Part shown: in pieces, positions 8,616 through 17,842 of the stretch
How the letters are laid out: each line of letters begins with the position of its first letter
How positions within the stretch are numbered: position 1 is the stretch's first letter
Source: Chlamydiia bacterium
Lineage (GTDB): Bacteria; Chlamydiota; Chlamydiia; Chlamydiales; Parachlamydiaceae
Direction of reading: 5' to 3'
Assembly: GCA_038257035.1 (NCBI GenBank)
Contig: JBBSJT010000024.1
Span: forward strand, 1-23,795
Length of the DNA stretch: 23,795 nucleotides
The notes under the pieces: generated by a model
Told to the model about the DNA's origin: nothing
Seen by the model: only the letters and a program-made list of their open reading frames with translations
Database searches by the model: none
Translations under genes and position numbers: made by a program

Positions 8616-10061
8616 CTAAGAAACCTCTCCATGTAATGTAAGGGTGGCTTTGATGATGCAGTCGGTGTCGCGTCTGATGGTGCGCAAGAAAATCGAGTAA
8701 TCAAAAGCCGCAAAACGATCTTTGCCCTTAGTTGCAATTTGTGAGGGTCGGTTTCCACGCATGAAATGGCCCATGAAATGACCGTTACCCTTTACAATTT
8801 CAAAAAGCAGATCAAATTTAAAACCATCAAGAATTACTTCAACTTTTTCTCCGATTTGAAATGTTGTAGCTTTTATCCCTTCAATCCTAACATCCGTTTT
8901 ATCAAAAAGATCAAAGTAAAAAGCCACTTCGCGACATTCCTCCTTATCTTCAAGCTCCGGAACTTCGGCCAAAGAAAAAAGAAATTCATGGGTTTTGTTT
9001 TTCTCCGTAAAAGCAATCTTTTGACTATTTGACCCTTCAATTGTCAAAGAATGTAACCTGTTAACATTGCCAAAATTAAGTTTATAAGGAGCAAATCCTT
9101 TGTCTTGAGATGCTTTATTAGAATCTTGCTCAATAAAGGCAAAATTATAATTTTCAAACTTAAAGCACTTATACGATTGCTCGTTAATCTTACCTTGCCA
9201 AAAAAATGGCAAATGATTGTCGATTTTGTATTCGCAAGGCTGAATGAGTGAAGCATGAAGATGAATAACACTTAAGGTTAAAGCACGCTTTGAGAACTTT
9301 TTTGTTAAATAGCCCATGAATAGATCGTATAAAGTAACTTCCGGCTCAAAACCTGCCTGATATTCTAAAATATTAGGGCCTGCATAGCAATTTAAATCCG
9401 GGTGCCAAGTTTTGTTAAGATGATCCAAAAACTTTTGACTAAATTTCATGTCAACCATCTGTGAGGCAATAATTAAATCACCCAAGTGTTTTGGTATAAA
9501 CCAGTCTCTTGTTACATCGTTAAATTCAACAAGCCTTTTTTCTCCGTCGTTTTTAAGCTCGTTTATATTAAAAAGGTTGCCCACTGCTTGCAAAGCTGCT
9601 GCCAATTTGATGCGCATAAAATAGGGCGGATTTTTTTCGGTTGAAATTTTAATGCTATAGTTAACAAGGTCAAGTAATGCCTTTTCCAAACGCTCCCTTA
9701 AGGGGTTTCCGAGAATTTGATGAAAGTCCTTGTAAATCCAATATAAAGGTGCAATTAAGGAGATTGCCAAGTAATGATCTTTGCATTCCGGATATTCATG
9801 CAAATAGACAGGAAACTGTCCGTCAGAACTTGCAAAATGGAGAAGCTTTTCAACTAAAACCCTTGCTCTTGTGATGTTTTCAACCGTACGTGTTTTAAAA
9901 AGGGAAAGTGCAAACAAAAAATTCTCTAAAACAGGAATTGTTAAATGTACATCATCTTGTAAGGCATGATACTTTAAGTGAAGAAAATCTGTTTGCAAGC
10001 TAATGCGTTTTTCCCCCGCATTTAAACAAAGATCGTTAATTTTTTTTAAATATTCATCCAT
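8616..10061 (-). CDS. Conserved-looking hypothetical protein (~481 aa)
   Basis: Long ORF. Start moved to ATG 10061, just after the upstream SDR stop, making it the third gene of the folB operon. No function recognised. Confidence 0.8.
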   Translation of the reverse strand: MDEYLKKINDLCLNAGEKRISLQTDFLHLKYHALQDDVHLTIPVLENFLFALSLFKTRTVENITRARVLVEKLLHFASSDGQFPVYLHEYPECKDHYLAISLIAPLYWIYKDFHQILGNPLRERLEKALLDLVNYSIKISTEKNPPYFMRIKLAAALQAVGNLFNINELKNDGEKRLVEFNDVTRDWFIPKHLGDLIIASQMVDMKFSQKFLDHLNKTWHPDLNCYAGPNILEYQAGFEPEVTLYDLFMGYLTKKFSKRALTLSVIHLHASLIQPCEYKIDNHLPFFWQGKINEQSYKCFKFENYNFAFIEQDSNKASQDKGFAPYKLNFGNVNRLHSLTIEGSNSQKIAFTEKNKTHEFLFSLAEVPELEDKEECREVAFYFDLFDKTDVRIEGIKATTFQIGEKVEVILDGFKFDLLFEIVKGNGHFMGHFMRGNRPSQIATKGKDRFAAFDYSIFLRTIRRDTDCIIKATLTLHGEVS

Positions 10062-10065
10062 CGAT

Positions 10066-10776
10066 TTATAACCTAAGTCCTCCGGCAACTTCAATATTTT
10101 GGCCGGTTATGTAATGATTGTTTGGGTTTAATAAAAATAAGACAACATCGGCAACCTCTTGTTTAGTTCCGAATCGTTTCATTGGTAGTTCCTTAGCATT
10201 TATTGGAGCATCAAAGGAATCTTCAAGCATTCCCGGTGAAACCATATTGACAGTCACATCAAATAAGGCAAGATCCTTTGCAAGGCTTCTTGTAAGCATT
10301 AAGAGCGAGGCCTTCGTCATGCTATAGACCATTGAATAATTTTCAGCCCTACCATGATCGATTCCACATACGCCAATATTTACAATACTTCCCTTTTCTT
10401 CTTTAATTGAAGGTATTATAGATTGAATCAGAAATAAGGGTGCAAATAGATTGGTCATAAAAAGAGCGTTCGTTTCGTTAAAAGATGTTTCTAAAACAGG
10501 TTTAACCAAATAATTACCCACGTTATTCACAATATTTTTTATTTTTTTAAAGGGTTTTAGCAAATCAATAAATGCTTTCATCCCCTCAAAATTAGAAAAA
10601 TCACCAAAAACAGCCTCTGCTTTAACTCCAAGAGTATGACACTCTTTGACAAGTTCGAATGCTTCCTTTTTGCTTTTATTGTAGTGGATCAGAAGGTCTT
10701 GTTTATTTTTTGCAAGTTTTAACACTATTTCTTTTCCAAGATTTTTAGCGCCACCTGTCACAAGAGTTTTACTCAT
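10066..10776 (-). CDS. SDR oxidoreductase, FolM/pteridine reductase-like
   Basis: TGGAKNLG, IHYNKS, NNVG, YSMTK (YxxxK) and VNMVSPG. Directly downstream of folB. Confidence 0.8.
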   Translation of the reverse strand: MSKTLVTGGAKNLGKEIVLKLAKNKQDLLIHYNKSKKEAFELVKECHTLGVKAEAVFGDFSNFEGMKAFIDLLKPFKKIKNIVNNVGNYLVKPVLETSFNETNALFMTNLFAPLFLIQSIIPSIKEEKGSIVNIGVCGIDHGRAENYSMVYSMTKASLLMLTRSLAKDLALFDVTVNMVSPGMLEDSFDAPINAKELPMKRFGTKQEVADVVLFLLNPNNHYITGQNIEVAGGLRL

Positions 10777-11136
10777 TTAAAGACTCCCCCCTTCAAGTTC
10801 AACAACCGCATAATTTGCAAGTGGCAGAGCATTTGGTTTTTTTATTCTAACAAAAGCCCATTTAATTTTGTATTGGTTCATCAAAGTTTGGATGAGTTCA
10901 AAAGCAAAAGTTTCTAACAGTCGATAACCTTTTAAACTTAATTCTTTACACAAATTTCCAAGCACTTCATAACAAATTGTTTTTTGAAAATCATCATCGC
11001 TCGCGGCTTTAGAAAAATCGTATTCAACGCGAAGATCTAAATAAATTGTTTGATTATTTTTCCGCTCTTCCTCGTGCACACCAATGATGCAGTCGATTTT
11101 ATAATGATCAAAGCCGATTTTTCCAATAAACTTCAC
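10777..11136 (-). CDS. folB: Dihydroneopterin aldolase
   Basis: IIGVHEEERKNNQ, TICYE, LLETFA and VRIKKPNA. GTG start with GAGG RBS. Confidence 0.93.
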   Translation of the reverse strand: MKFIGKIGFDHYKIDCIIGVHEEERKNNQTIYLDLRVEYDFSKAASDDDFQKTICYEVLGNLCKELSLKGYRLLETFAFELIQTLMNQYKIKWAFVRIKKPNALPLANYAVVELEGGSL

Positions 11137-11199
11137 TTTAACCTCTTGCTTGCTTCTTAAAAATAGTTTATGATCCGCATCTTTAACTTATGGGTTCTT

Positions 11200-11652
11200 A
11201 TGATAAAGTATTTGCGCATTTATTTCCTTCTAATGTTTTTACTTTCTAGTTTAACTCCGCTTTCTTTAAGCTCGCAAGAACGCGTTTTAAATAAGAGGAC
11301 AGAAGAAGACATTCCGCTACCGCCCTCTTTAAGGGAAAGTTCAAAAAAAGAGTTACCTCGAGAAGATAATTTCATGAAAGAGTTTATCAAGATGTTGCTG
11401 ACGCTTGCCTCAATAATTACCATCTTGCTCCTTATAAGCTACTTATTAAAAAAGTTCATGAACACACGCATCCAGCAGATCAACGAATCAAGCTTGATCA
11501 AAATTTTGGAACGACGAACAATGAGCCCCAAAAGCTCCGTTTATATCTTAGATATAAAAGGGCGCCAGGTTGCTATTGTGGAGTCCCATAATGCGCTATT
11601 ACTACTTCCTGAATTACCCCAAGATGAATATGAAGAAGATAATAACAAATAG
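11200..11652 (+). CDS. FliO-like membrane protein
   Basis: Signal-like N-terminus, one TM segment, then IKILERRTMSPKSSVYILDIKGRQVAIV, resembling the FliO cytoplasmic beta domain. Start uncertain (11170 or 11200). Confidence 0.7.
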   Translation: MIKYLRIYFLLMFLLSSLTPLSLSSQERVLNKRTEEDIPLPPSLRESSKKELPREDNFMKEFIKMLLTLASIITILLLISYLLKKFMNTRIQQINESSLIKILERRTMSPKSSVYILDIKGRQVAIVESHNALLLLPELPQDEYEEDNNK

Positions 11653-11662
11653 AGAGATTAAA

Positions 11663-11836
11663 ATGAGTTATTTAAAATTGAAAAAACATGTTTTTTTGAT
11701 TGTTGTACTGTGCAGCCTCACAAGCTGCTACCGCATGCCAACAGATCATGATTACTCGCTTGTGCCTAATGTGAACAACCCTGACGTCACAAGAGGCAAG
11801 CCGGGCAGCTTAAGTGCCCCCAGCATGGCCTTTTAG
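11663..11836 (+). CDS. Small lipoprotein (57 aa)
   Basis: ATG 11 nt after the previous stop. Basic N-region, hydrophobic core and lipobox LTS-C. Confidence 0.7.
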   Translation: MSYLKLKKHVFLIVVLCSLTSCYRMPTDHDYSLVPNVNNPDVTRGKPGSLSAPSMAF

Positions 11837-11892
11837 GACCATAGCCTCTTATATTAATACGAAGAAACCGCTGGAAGCTCACAAGCTTTTAG

Positions 11893-12021
11893 ATTTTTTA
11901 ACGCAAAGAAGCTGCAAAAGGCGCAAAGGCGCAAAGATAAAAAGATCTTTAAAAGTGTATAGAGTTTTTTTAATTCTTTGCGCCTTTGCGTCTTATTGCA
12001 GCTTCTTTGCGTTAAAAAAAT
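11893..12021. repeat. Long palindrome (CGCAAAG-module family)
   Basis: TTTTTTAACGCAAAGAAGCTGCAAAAGGCGCAAAGGCGCAAAGA ... TCTTTGCGCCTTTGCGTCTTATTGCAGCTTCTTTGCGTTAAAAAA. Related to 13932-14090. Confidence 0.92.
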
Positions 12022-12203
12022 ACCAACCTCAATAGATTCCTAGCGGTCTAAAATGTATTTACTGTCTTCGTGTTTAAAAACTCAGAAACTAAAGAAATAA
12101 TTATGCGTACGAATCAAGTGGATCGGATTATGCAGTCCAAGATGGCATTTGGGAGTGGTCAAGGAAATATATGCTGATTTTTGGATATTTTTTTTGAAAA
12201 TTG

Positions 12204-12232
12204 TTGCTATTCTTATGATTTTCATCTAAGAT
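12204..12232 (+). promoter_or_regulatory. Candidate sigma70/66 promoter for the csrA operon
   Basis: TTGCTA-N17-TAAGAT about 110 nt upstream of csrA. Pattern match only. Confidence 0.35.
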
Positions 12233-12340
12233 TGACAACTAATGCCCCACCCTGTCACATGAACGACAGATGGTATAAATAAAACTTGAGATTACACTCC
12301 AAGTAAAAAGAACATTAACTTTCTCTCATAGGCTTGATTT

Positions 12341-12607
12341 ATGTTAGTTTTAACAAGAAAAAGGGAAGAAAAAATTACAATCGGCAATAACCCCGGCATT
12401 GTAATTACAGTTTTAAAAATTCAAGGCGATAAAGTTTCTATAGGAATTGAAGCCTCACCTGACATACCTGTTTTTCGTACAGAGCTTCTCACACGAGAAA
12501 GACCTCAAAAAACCGAAACCGCTTCTCATAATCAAAGTGAAATCGCAATTGAAAGCTTACAAATCGATCTTGAAAAACAAAAACTTCATTTAAACCACAA
12601 AAATTAA
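12341..12607 (+). CDS. csrA: Carbon storage regulator CsrA with a C-terminal extension
   Basis: MLVLTRK..EKITIG...ITVLKIQGDKVSIGIEASPDIPVFRTEL. Confidence 0.92.
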   Translation: MLVLTRKREEKITIGNNPGIVITVLKIQGDKVSIGIEASPDIPVFRTELLTRERPQKTETASHNQSEIAIESLQIDLEKQKLHLNHKN

Positions 12608-12617
12608 GTAAGATCAG

Positions 12618-13106
12618 ATGAAAAAACCCTTTATTGAACTTAACTTAGAAAATCTACTTAAACATTTTAAGAAAACAAAAGAAAATGCAGTTTTACAAAC
12701 TGAGACCGATCAAATATTAATTACTGTTAAATTTGATAAAGTTGAATTTCCTCTATTTGTTCGTATCACAGAAACCCAAGATTTGCTACAATTGCTTGCA
12801 TTTTTCCCGTGTAACATCAAAGCGGGATGCGAATCTGACATGGCGCGTACCTTACACCTTTTAAACAAAGAACTTGATATTCCGGGATTTGGAATGGACG
12901 ATTTTAATGGTTTGGTTTTTTATCGCTGCATGATTCCTTGCCCTGATTTGCACTATCACGAAGCCGTCATCGATAAATACCTCGATGCTGTAAAAATGAT
13001 TTGTCAATCTTTTCTTCCCTTAATTTTTGCAATGAGTCAAGGAAACATGAAATTTTCAGAGATTTCAAACAAGCTTGGCGATTTAATGCAAACAGCAGAT
13101 AAGTAA
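12618..13106 (+). CDS. CesT/YbjN-fold type III secretion chaperone (CT260/Mcsc-like)
   Basis: ETDQI...FPLFVRI...LLQLL..FP...ARTLHLLNKELDIPGFGMD...VFYR. Adjacent to dnaQ, as I recall for C. trachomatis CT260-CT261. Confidence 0.8.
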   Translation: MKKPFIELNLENLLKHFKKTKENAVLQTETDQILITVKFDKVEFPLFVRITETQDLLQLLAFFPCNIKAGCESDMARTLHLLNKELDIPGFGMDDFNGLVFYRCMIPCPDLHYHEAVIDKYLDAVKMICQSFLPLIFAMSQGNMKFSEISNKLGDLMQTADK

Positions 13107-13110
13107 AAAA

Positions 13111-13824
13111 ATGACATTTAGACCTATATATTACGATACAGAAACCACCGGAATTAAAACCGACAGGGACCGTATTGTTGAACTTGCGGCTTATGATCCT
13201 ATCAACGATCGCTCATTTGAAATGTTAATTCATCCAGGCCTTCCAATTCCACCGGAAGTATCTGCCATTCATCATATCACGGATGAAATGGTTGCAAATT
13301 CCCCATCTTTTGCACAAGCTGCTGTTGAATTTGTAAAGTTTTGCGAAGGGAATGTTATTTTAATTGCCCACAACAATGATAATTTTGACTTACCCATGAT
13401 GCGAAATGAATTTGCCCGTCATCAAGTCATCATGCCGGCGGAATGGAAATTTTTAGACAGTTTAAAATGGGCAAGGAGGTACCGTCCTGATCTACCACGA
13501 CATACACTTCAATTTTTAAGAGAAATCTACGGCATTGCAGCAAATAATGCCCATAGGGCCTTGGATGACGTAAAAGTTCTTTATCAAATGTGTAGCCATA
13601 TGTTTGATGATTTGTCAATCGATGATATTTTCCTTTTAATCAACAAACCTTTTGATATTCTTCATATGCCTTTTGGAAAGTATCAAGGAAAACCCTTACA
13701 AGATGTCCCTGCAGATTATTTAAAGTGGCTTTTGGCTAACGGCGCACTCGACAAACCAGAGAATCAAGAACTTAAGCGCTGCTTCGGCAAACACCCCAAC
13801 TACCTCAGCCTCCTAAAATCATAA
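13111..13824 (+). CDS. dnaQ: DEDDh 3'-5' exonuclease (DNA Pol III epsilon-like) with a C-terminal MPFGKY domain
   Basis: YDTETTG, AHNNDNFD and HRALDD. C-terminal MPFGKYQGKPLQDVPADYLKW. Confidence 0.88.
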   Translation: MTFRPIYYDTETTGIKTDRDRIVELAAYDPINDRSFEMLIHPGLPIPPEVSAIHHITDEMVANSPSFAQAAVEFVKFCEGNVILIAHNNDNFDLPMMRNEFARHQVIMPAEWKFLDSLKWARRYRPDLPRHTLQFLREIYGIAANNAHRALDDVKVLYQMCSHMFDDLSIDDIFLLINKPFDILHMPFGKYQGKPLQDVPADYLKWLLANGALDKPENQELKRCFGKHPNYLSLLKS

Positions 13825-13873
13825 ACAGACTCACTTTCATCAAGATGGGAACTATTTTCCAAAGTGGTCTGTT
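13824..13873. other. Short inverted repeat after dnaQ (terminator or mini-element)
   Basis: AACAGAC(T)CACTTT ... AAAGTGGTCTGTT. Confidence 0.45.
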
Positions 13874-13876
13874 GAA

Positions 13877-14169
13877 ACCAGAAGAGCGCGAAGAAGCTCG
13901 CTTAAAAGCGTGAGAAGAAAAAAGTTAGTGTAGCTTTTTTTAACGCAAAGGCGCAAAGACGCAAAGAAGGACTTTGCTAAAATCTATTGCTACTAGTAAC
14001 CCTAGCAATATGCAAATATGAATAAAGTACGTTATAAAAATTAAATTTCGCTTTTCTTTGCGCCTTTGCGCCTTTGCGTTAAAAAAAGCTCTAATGGCTT
14101 TATATTTCCGCGCTTTTTTAAGCGCGCTTCTTCGCGTACCTTCGCGTCTTTCTTCGCGCTCTTCGCGGT
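13877..14169. repeat. Nested palindromes: outer CGCGAAG-module arms, inner CGCAAAG-module arms, innermost short IR
   Basis: Outer arms about 13877-13910 and 14110-14169. Inner arms 13932-13968 and 14054-14090. Innermost TATTGCTA/TAGCAATA at 13985-14010. Confidence 0.88.
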
Positions 14170-14242
14170 AAGATGGTCCACAAAAACTAGATACTAAAAT
14201 CTTCTCTGTGGTGAAAAATAATTAATGGGAAATAGGTGTGAA

Positions 14243-15046
14243 ATGCAGAAGACGAAATTGATGGGGATATTAAATGTTACCCCAGACTCATTCTTTGATC
14301 GAGGCGAGGCTTTTGATACAACTAAAGCCATTGAGAAAGGTCTTAGAATGTTTGATGAAGGAACTGATATTCTTGACATCGGTGGCGAATCGACGCGTCC
14401 CGGTGCGACTCCTGTAAGTGCTGAAGAAGAAATTTTGCGTGTTATTCCCGTAATTTCAGCGTTAAAGTCAAAAATTAATATCCCTATATCTATTGATACA
14501 ATGAAACCTCAAGTTGCTAAATTGGCAATTGATGCCGGAGCATCCATTATAAACGATGTAACAGGTTTTATAGATATTGAAATGGTTGAACTCGCAAAAA
14601 AAACGGGTGTCCAAATTGTAGTCATGCATATGCGAGGAACCCCCCTTAACATGCAAAATGATTTACATTATGAGGGTGGCATCGCTGAAGAAATCCTTGT
14701 TTTTTTTAAAGAGCGAACTACATTTTTAACATTAAAAGGGATTAAAAAAGAGCAGATTATTTTAGATCCTGGTATAGGCTTTGGAAAATCGGTTGCTGAT
14801 AATCTCAAAATCATACACAATTTGTCTAGGTTTAAGGAATTGGGGTTTGCCGTTTTACTTGGAATTTCACGTAAGTCATTTATGGGTAAGATTTTAAACA
14901 ATAAACCTTGCTCCTTATTGCCTGCAACAATTGGGTTGAACAGTGTCGCAATTATGAATGCTGTAGATATAATTCGTGTGCATGATATAAAAGAGCACCG
15001 AATGTTAATAGATTTAATGCATAATTATATGGAAGAAACAAAATAA
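14243..15046 (+). CDS. folP: Dihydropteroate synthase
   Basis: MGILNVTPDSF, DIGGESTRPG, DPGIGFGK, SRKSF and IIRVHD. ATG 14243 has an AGGTG RBS (alternative start 14225). Confidence 0.97.
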   Translation: MQKTKLMGILNVTPDSFFDRGEAFDTTKAIEKGLRMFDEGTDILDIGGESTRPGATPVSAEEEILRVIPVISALKSKINIPISIDTMKPQVAKLAIDAGASIINDVTGFIDIEMVELAKKTGVQIVVMHMRGTPLNMQNDLHYEGGIAEEILVFFKERTTFLTLKGIKKEQIILDPGIGFGKSVADNLKIIHNLSRFKELGFAVLLGISRKSFMGKILNNKPCSLLPATIGLNSVAIMNAVDIIRVHDIKEHRMLIDLMHNYMEETK

Positions 15047-15048
15047 GC

Positions 15049-15852
15049 ATGGAATTTTTTAGTTTGCTGGTTCCGACATTTGAAATATTGATCATGGCAA
15101 TCATGCTCTACTACCTGCTGTCGTTTTTTTGGAATACGCGCGCAATGGATTTAGTGCTTGGTATTTTTTCTGTTTTAGCCTTATATACCCTCTCTATTTG
15201 GTTTCATCTTCCTGTTTTACAAAAACTGATGCTTTATTTTGTTAATGTTGCAGTGATTGCCCTTCTGATTATTTTTCATCCAGAATTAAGGCTTGCCTTG
15301 TCAAAACTTAGCGTTAAAGGAAAAAAATATCGGGAAATCACAGAGTTTGACAAATTTCTTGATAACTTAGGTCTAACAACTTACCGCCTTTCTGAAAAAA
15401 AAATCGGGGCTTTAATCATTTTGGAAAACCAAGATTCCCTAGAAGAGTATGCTAATAAGGCCGTAATTCTCAATGCTGATTTTTCATCCGAACTTTTAGA
15501 AACGATTTTTTCAACTACAACACCCTTACATGATGGTGCTGTAATTATCCGAGGCACAACCATTTTATCTGCTGCTACAATTTTACCCCTTGCAGATGAA
15601 AGTTCTCAGATTACAAAATCAATGGGAACACGCCACCGTGCAGGCCTTGGCATAAGCCAGCTCACCGATGCCCTTGTGATTGTGGTCTCTGAAGAAACAG
15701 GGAAGGTTTCAATTGCAAGAGATGGTATTATGACTCGTGGCGTTAAACTCGATCGCTTCAAAGGGATTGTACGAAGTATTTTCACCCCTCCAAAAACTGC
15801 TATAGAAACGAGTATGGATGCATTAGGTAGGTTTAAGCAATGGAATCGTTAA
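15049..15852 (+). CDS. cdaA: Diadenylate cyclase CdaA/DacA
   Basis: Three N-terminal TM segments, PLHDGA, GTRHRA and VVSEETG. Confidence 0.95.
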   Translation: MEFFSLLVPTFEILIMAIMLYYLLSFFWNTRAMDLVLGIFSVLALYTLSIWFHLPVLQKLMLYFVNVAVIALLIIFHPELRLALSKLSVKGKKYREITEFDKFLDNLGLTTYRLSEKKIGALIILENQDSLEEYANKAVILNADFSSELLETIFSTTTPLHDGAVIIRGTTILSAATILPLADESSQITKSMGTRHRAGLGISQLTDALVIVVSEETGKVSIARDGIMTRGVKLDRFKGIVRSIFTPPKTAIETSMDALGRFKQWNR

Positions 15853-17096
15853 TCGCAAGACTTTTTCTTCAAAATTGGCAACAAAAATTAGTGGCACTTA
15901 TCAGTGCCCTTGTAATTTGGTTTTTTGTTAGTCAATCGATTATTGAAACAAAAATCATCCCAAGGGTCCCTATACGCATCGTTAACTTGCCACGGGATAA
16001 AACAATTTTGGGACTCAATCCAAATGGTTTATTATCTAAAAGGATTACCCTTACCCTGACAGGTACAAAAGATGTGATTCACACCATTGAAACCGGGGAT
16101 CTTGAAGTTTTAATTGATGCCTCAATAATCGATCATGATGATTGGGTGCTTCAGATCAATAAAAAAAATCTTGTTAGCCTTAACCCATCCATTGATTTAA
16201 AAAACCACATACGTCAAGTCTCACACACAGAAAACGTTATCAGGCTCCGTCCTTTAATCACCGAAAAAGTACAGATCACAATTCAGGAGCCCACCGGAAA
16301 ACCCCCTGCAGGATATGAATTTTTGGATGTCTGGCCTCACCAGTTGATGCAAACATTAAGTGGTGCTGAAGAGGAAATCCAACATCTAAAAATTACAGGT
16401 CTTGAAGTTACTTTTGACTTAAATCAAATTACAGCAGCCGATCTTGATGCGATTAAAAACACAAGAGATCATTTACAAGATGATGAAGTCAGTTTTACCG
16501 TCCCTAATAAATGGAAAAAAATTCTTATTCCTTTTCATGAGAATGCTCTTGAAGACTTCAATGATCCTGACGCACAATATTTAAGGTTGGATTTTTTAAG
16601 AAAAGAAGTGTTGCCCGTTAAAAATATTATTCCCGTCAGAATTTTTTACCCCTTTAAATTTAGCGAAACACTCAATCCTAAAACTTACACACTTTTGACC
16701 GAAGCACCTATTGAAGAGAAAAACCATTTAACGTTTTTGACAACTCCACTTTTTGCAAAAGGTGTCAGCAGGCTTTTTCTAGATATCATCAAAGAAAATA
16801 TGGAGATTACAATTATTGCAGCACCAAAAAGCGAAAGAGATCTTTTGCAATGGACCATTGATGTTGCAGATGTTCATGACTTGGAAGATATTTATGTCGC
16901 TTTTCTAATTTCGAGCATGAAACAGTCAAAAAATAATCAGGATTCAATTTCTAAGAATCGCGAGCAGTTGCTAAGACAACGCTTTAGAGATTACTTGCAA
17001 AAATTAACACTTTATAGAAATCCTGAAGATAAACTTTCCCTGGAAGCCAAACTTGAACAGAATGTCATCAAGGTGACAATTGATAATTTAAACTAA
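15840..17096 (+). CDS. ybbR: YbbR/CdaR-like regulator of diadenylate cyclase
   Basis: NWQQKLVALISALVIWFFV anchor followed by VPIRIVNLP. Overlaps the end of cdaA. Confidence 0.82.
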   Translation: MESLIARLFLQNWQQKLVALISALVIWFFVSQSIIETKIIPRVPIRIVNLPRDKTILGLNPNGLLSKRITLTLTGTKDVIHTIETGDLEVLIDASIIDHDDWVLQINKKNLVSLNPSIDLKNHIRQVSHTENVIRLRPLITEKVQITIQEPTGKPPAGYEFLDVWPHQLMQTLSGAEEEIQHLKITGLEVTFDLNQITAADLDAIKNTRDHLQDDEVSFTVPNKWKKILIPFHENALEDFNDPDAQYLRLDFLRKEVLPVKNIIPVRIFYPFKFSETLNPKTYTLLTEAPIEEKNHLTFLTTPLFAKGVSRLFLDIIKENMEITIIAAPKSERDLLQWTIDVADVHDLEDIYVAFLISSMKQSKNNQDSISKNREQLLRQRFRDYLQKLTLYRNPEDKLSLEAKLEQNVIKVTIDNLN

Positions 17097-17099
17097 TCT

Positions 17100-17813
17100 A
17101 TGCCAAAAGAACGTTTTTTTCTCGAATCCCCTCTTAAAGAAGGTGAACTGATCTCTATTCGTGACGATGAGTTTCATCATTTAAATGTGATGAGGCCAAA
17201 AGTCAAACAACAAATCGAGATTGTTAACGGTAACGGTGAGCTTGGCATTGCCACACTTGAAACTTTAGAAAAAAAACAAGCAACACTAATTATTGAAAAA
17301 GTAATTAGAGAACCTTTTGAAACCTTTAAAGTCATCTTGGCGCAAAGCTTTTGCCGTCCAAATCGACTAGATTTTATTCTAGAGAAAGCAACGGAGCTTG
17401 GTGCTACAGACATCTGGCTATTTCCAGGAGTGCATAGCGAAGCGAAGGATTTGAACGATCATAAGCTTGCCCGCATGCGTGCCATTACGATTTCTGCCAT
17501 GAAGCAATGCGGAAGGCTTTATCTTCCAAAAATCACTTTAAAACCAACCTTGGAACATTTTGAAAAAAGTCCCTATTCATCTTTTTTTGGGGATGTGGAT
17601 CAAAATGCTCCAAACTTTCTTGAATGTTGGAAAAAGGAAAGTCAAAATGAAGGTGTTTTATTTTTTATTGGTACAGAATCTGGTTTTAGCGATGCAGAAA
17701 CAAAAAGACTTTTGAGCCTTGGTGCAAAAGGCGTTAAAATTAACAAAAACATCCTACGCACCGATACTGCCGCCATCACTGCCTTGAGCTTAATCGGCAG
17801 TAGGCTTTGTTAG
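17100..17813 (+). CDS. rsmE: 16S rRNA m3U1498 methyltransferase
   Basis: HHLNVMR, ILEKATELG, AMKQCGR, IGTESGFS and NILRTDTA. Confidence 0.95.
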   Translation: MPKERFFLESPLKEGELISIRDDEFHHLNVMRPKVKQQIEIVNGNGELGIATLETLEKKQATLIIEKVIREPFETFKVILAQSFCRPNRLDFILEKATELGATDIWLFPGVHSEAKDLNDHKLARMRAITISAMKQCGRLYLPKITLKPTLEHFEKSPYSSFFGDVDQNAPNFLECWKKESQNEGVLFFIGTESGFSDAETKRLLSLGAKGVKINKNILRTDTAAITALSLIGSRLC

Positions 17814-17842
17814 TACTTTCAGAGATAAGTAGAACCAGTATA

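Noticed and set aside
11814..12035. 73-aa ORF spanning the CGCAAAG hairpin
   Set aside because: A translation of the palindrome that overlaps the lipoprotein gene, with no protein-like features.
11865..12050. Possible outer TIR (ACCGCTGGAA / TTCCTAGCGGT) around the 11893 hairpin
   Set aside because: Only about 10 bp with a gap and no second example in the window, so too weak to call a shell.
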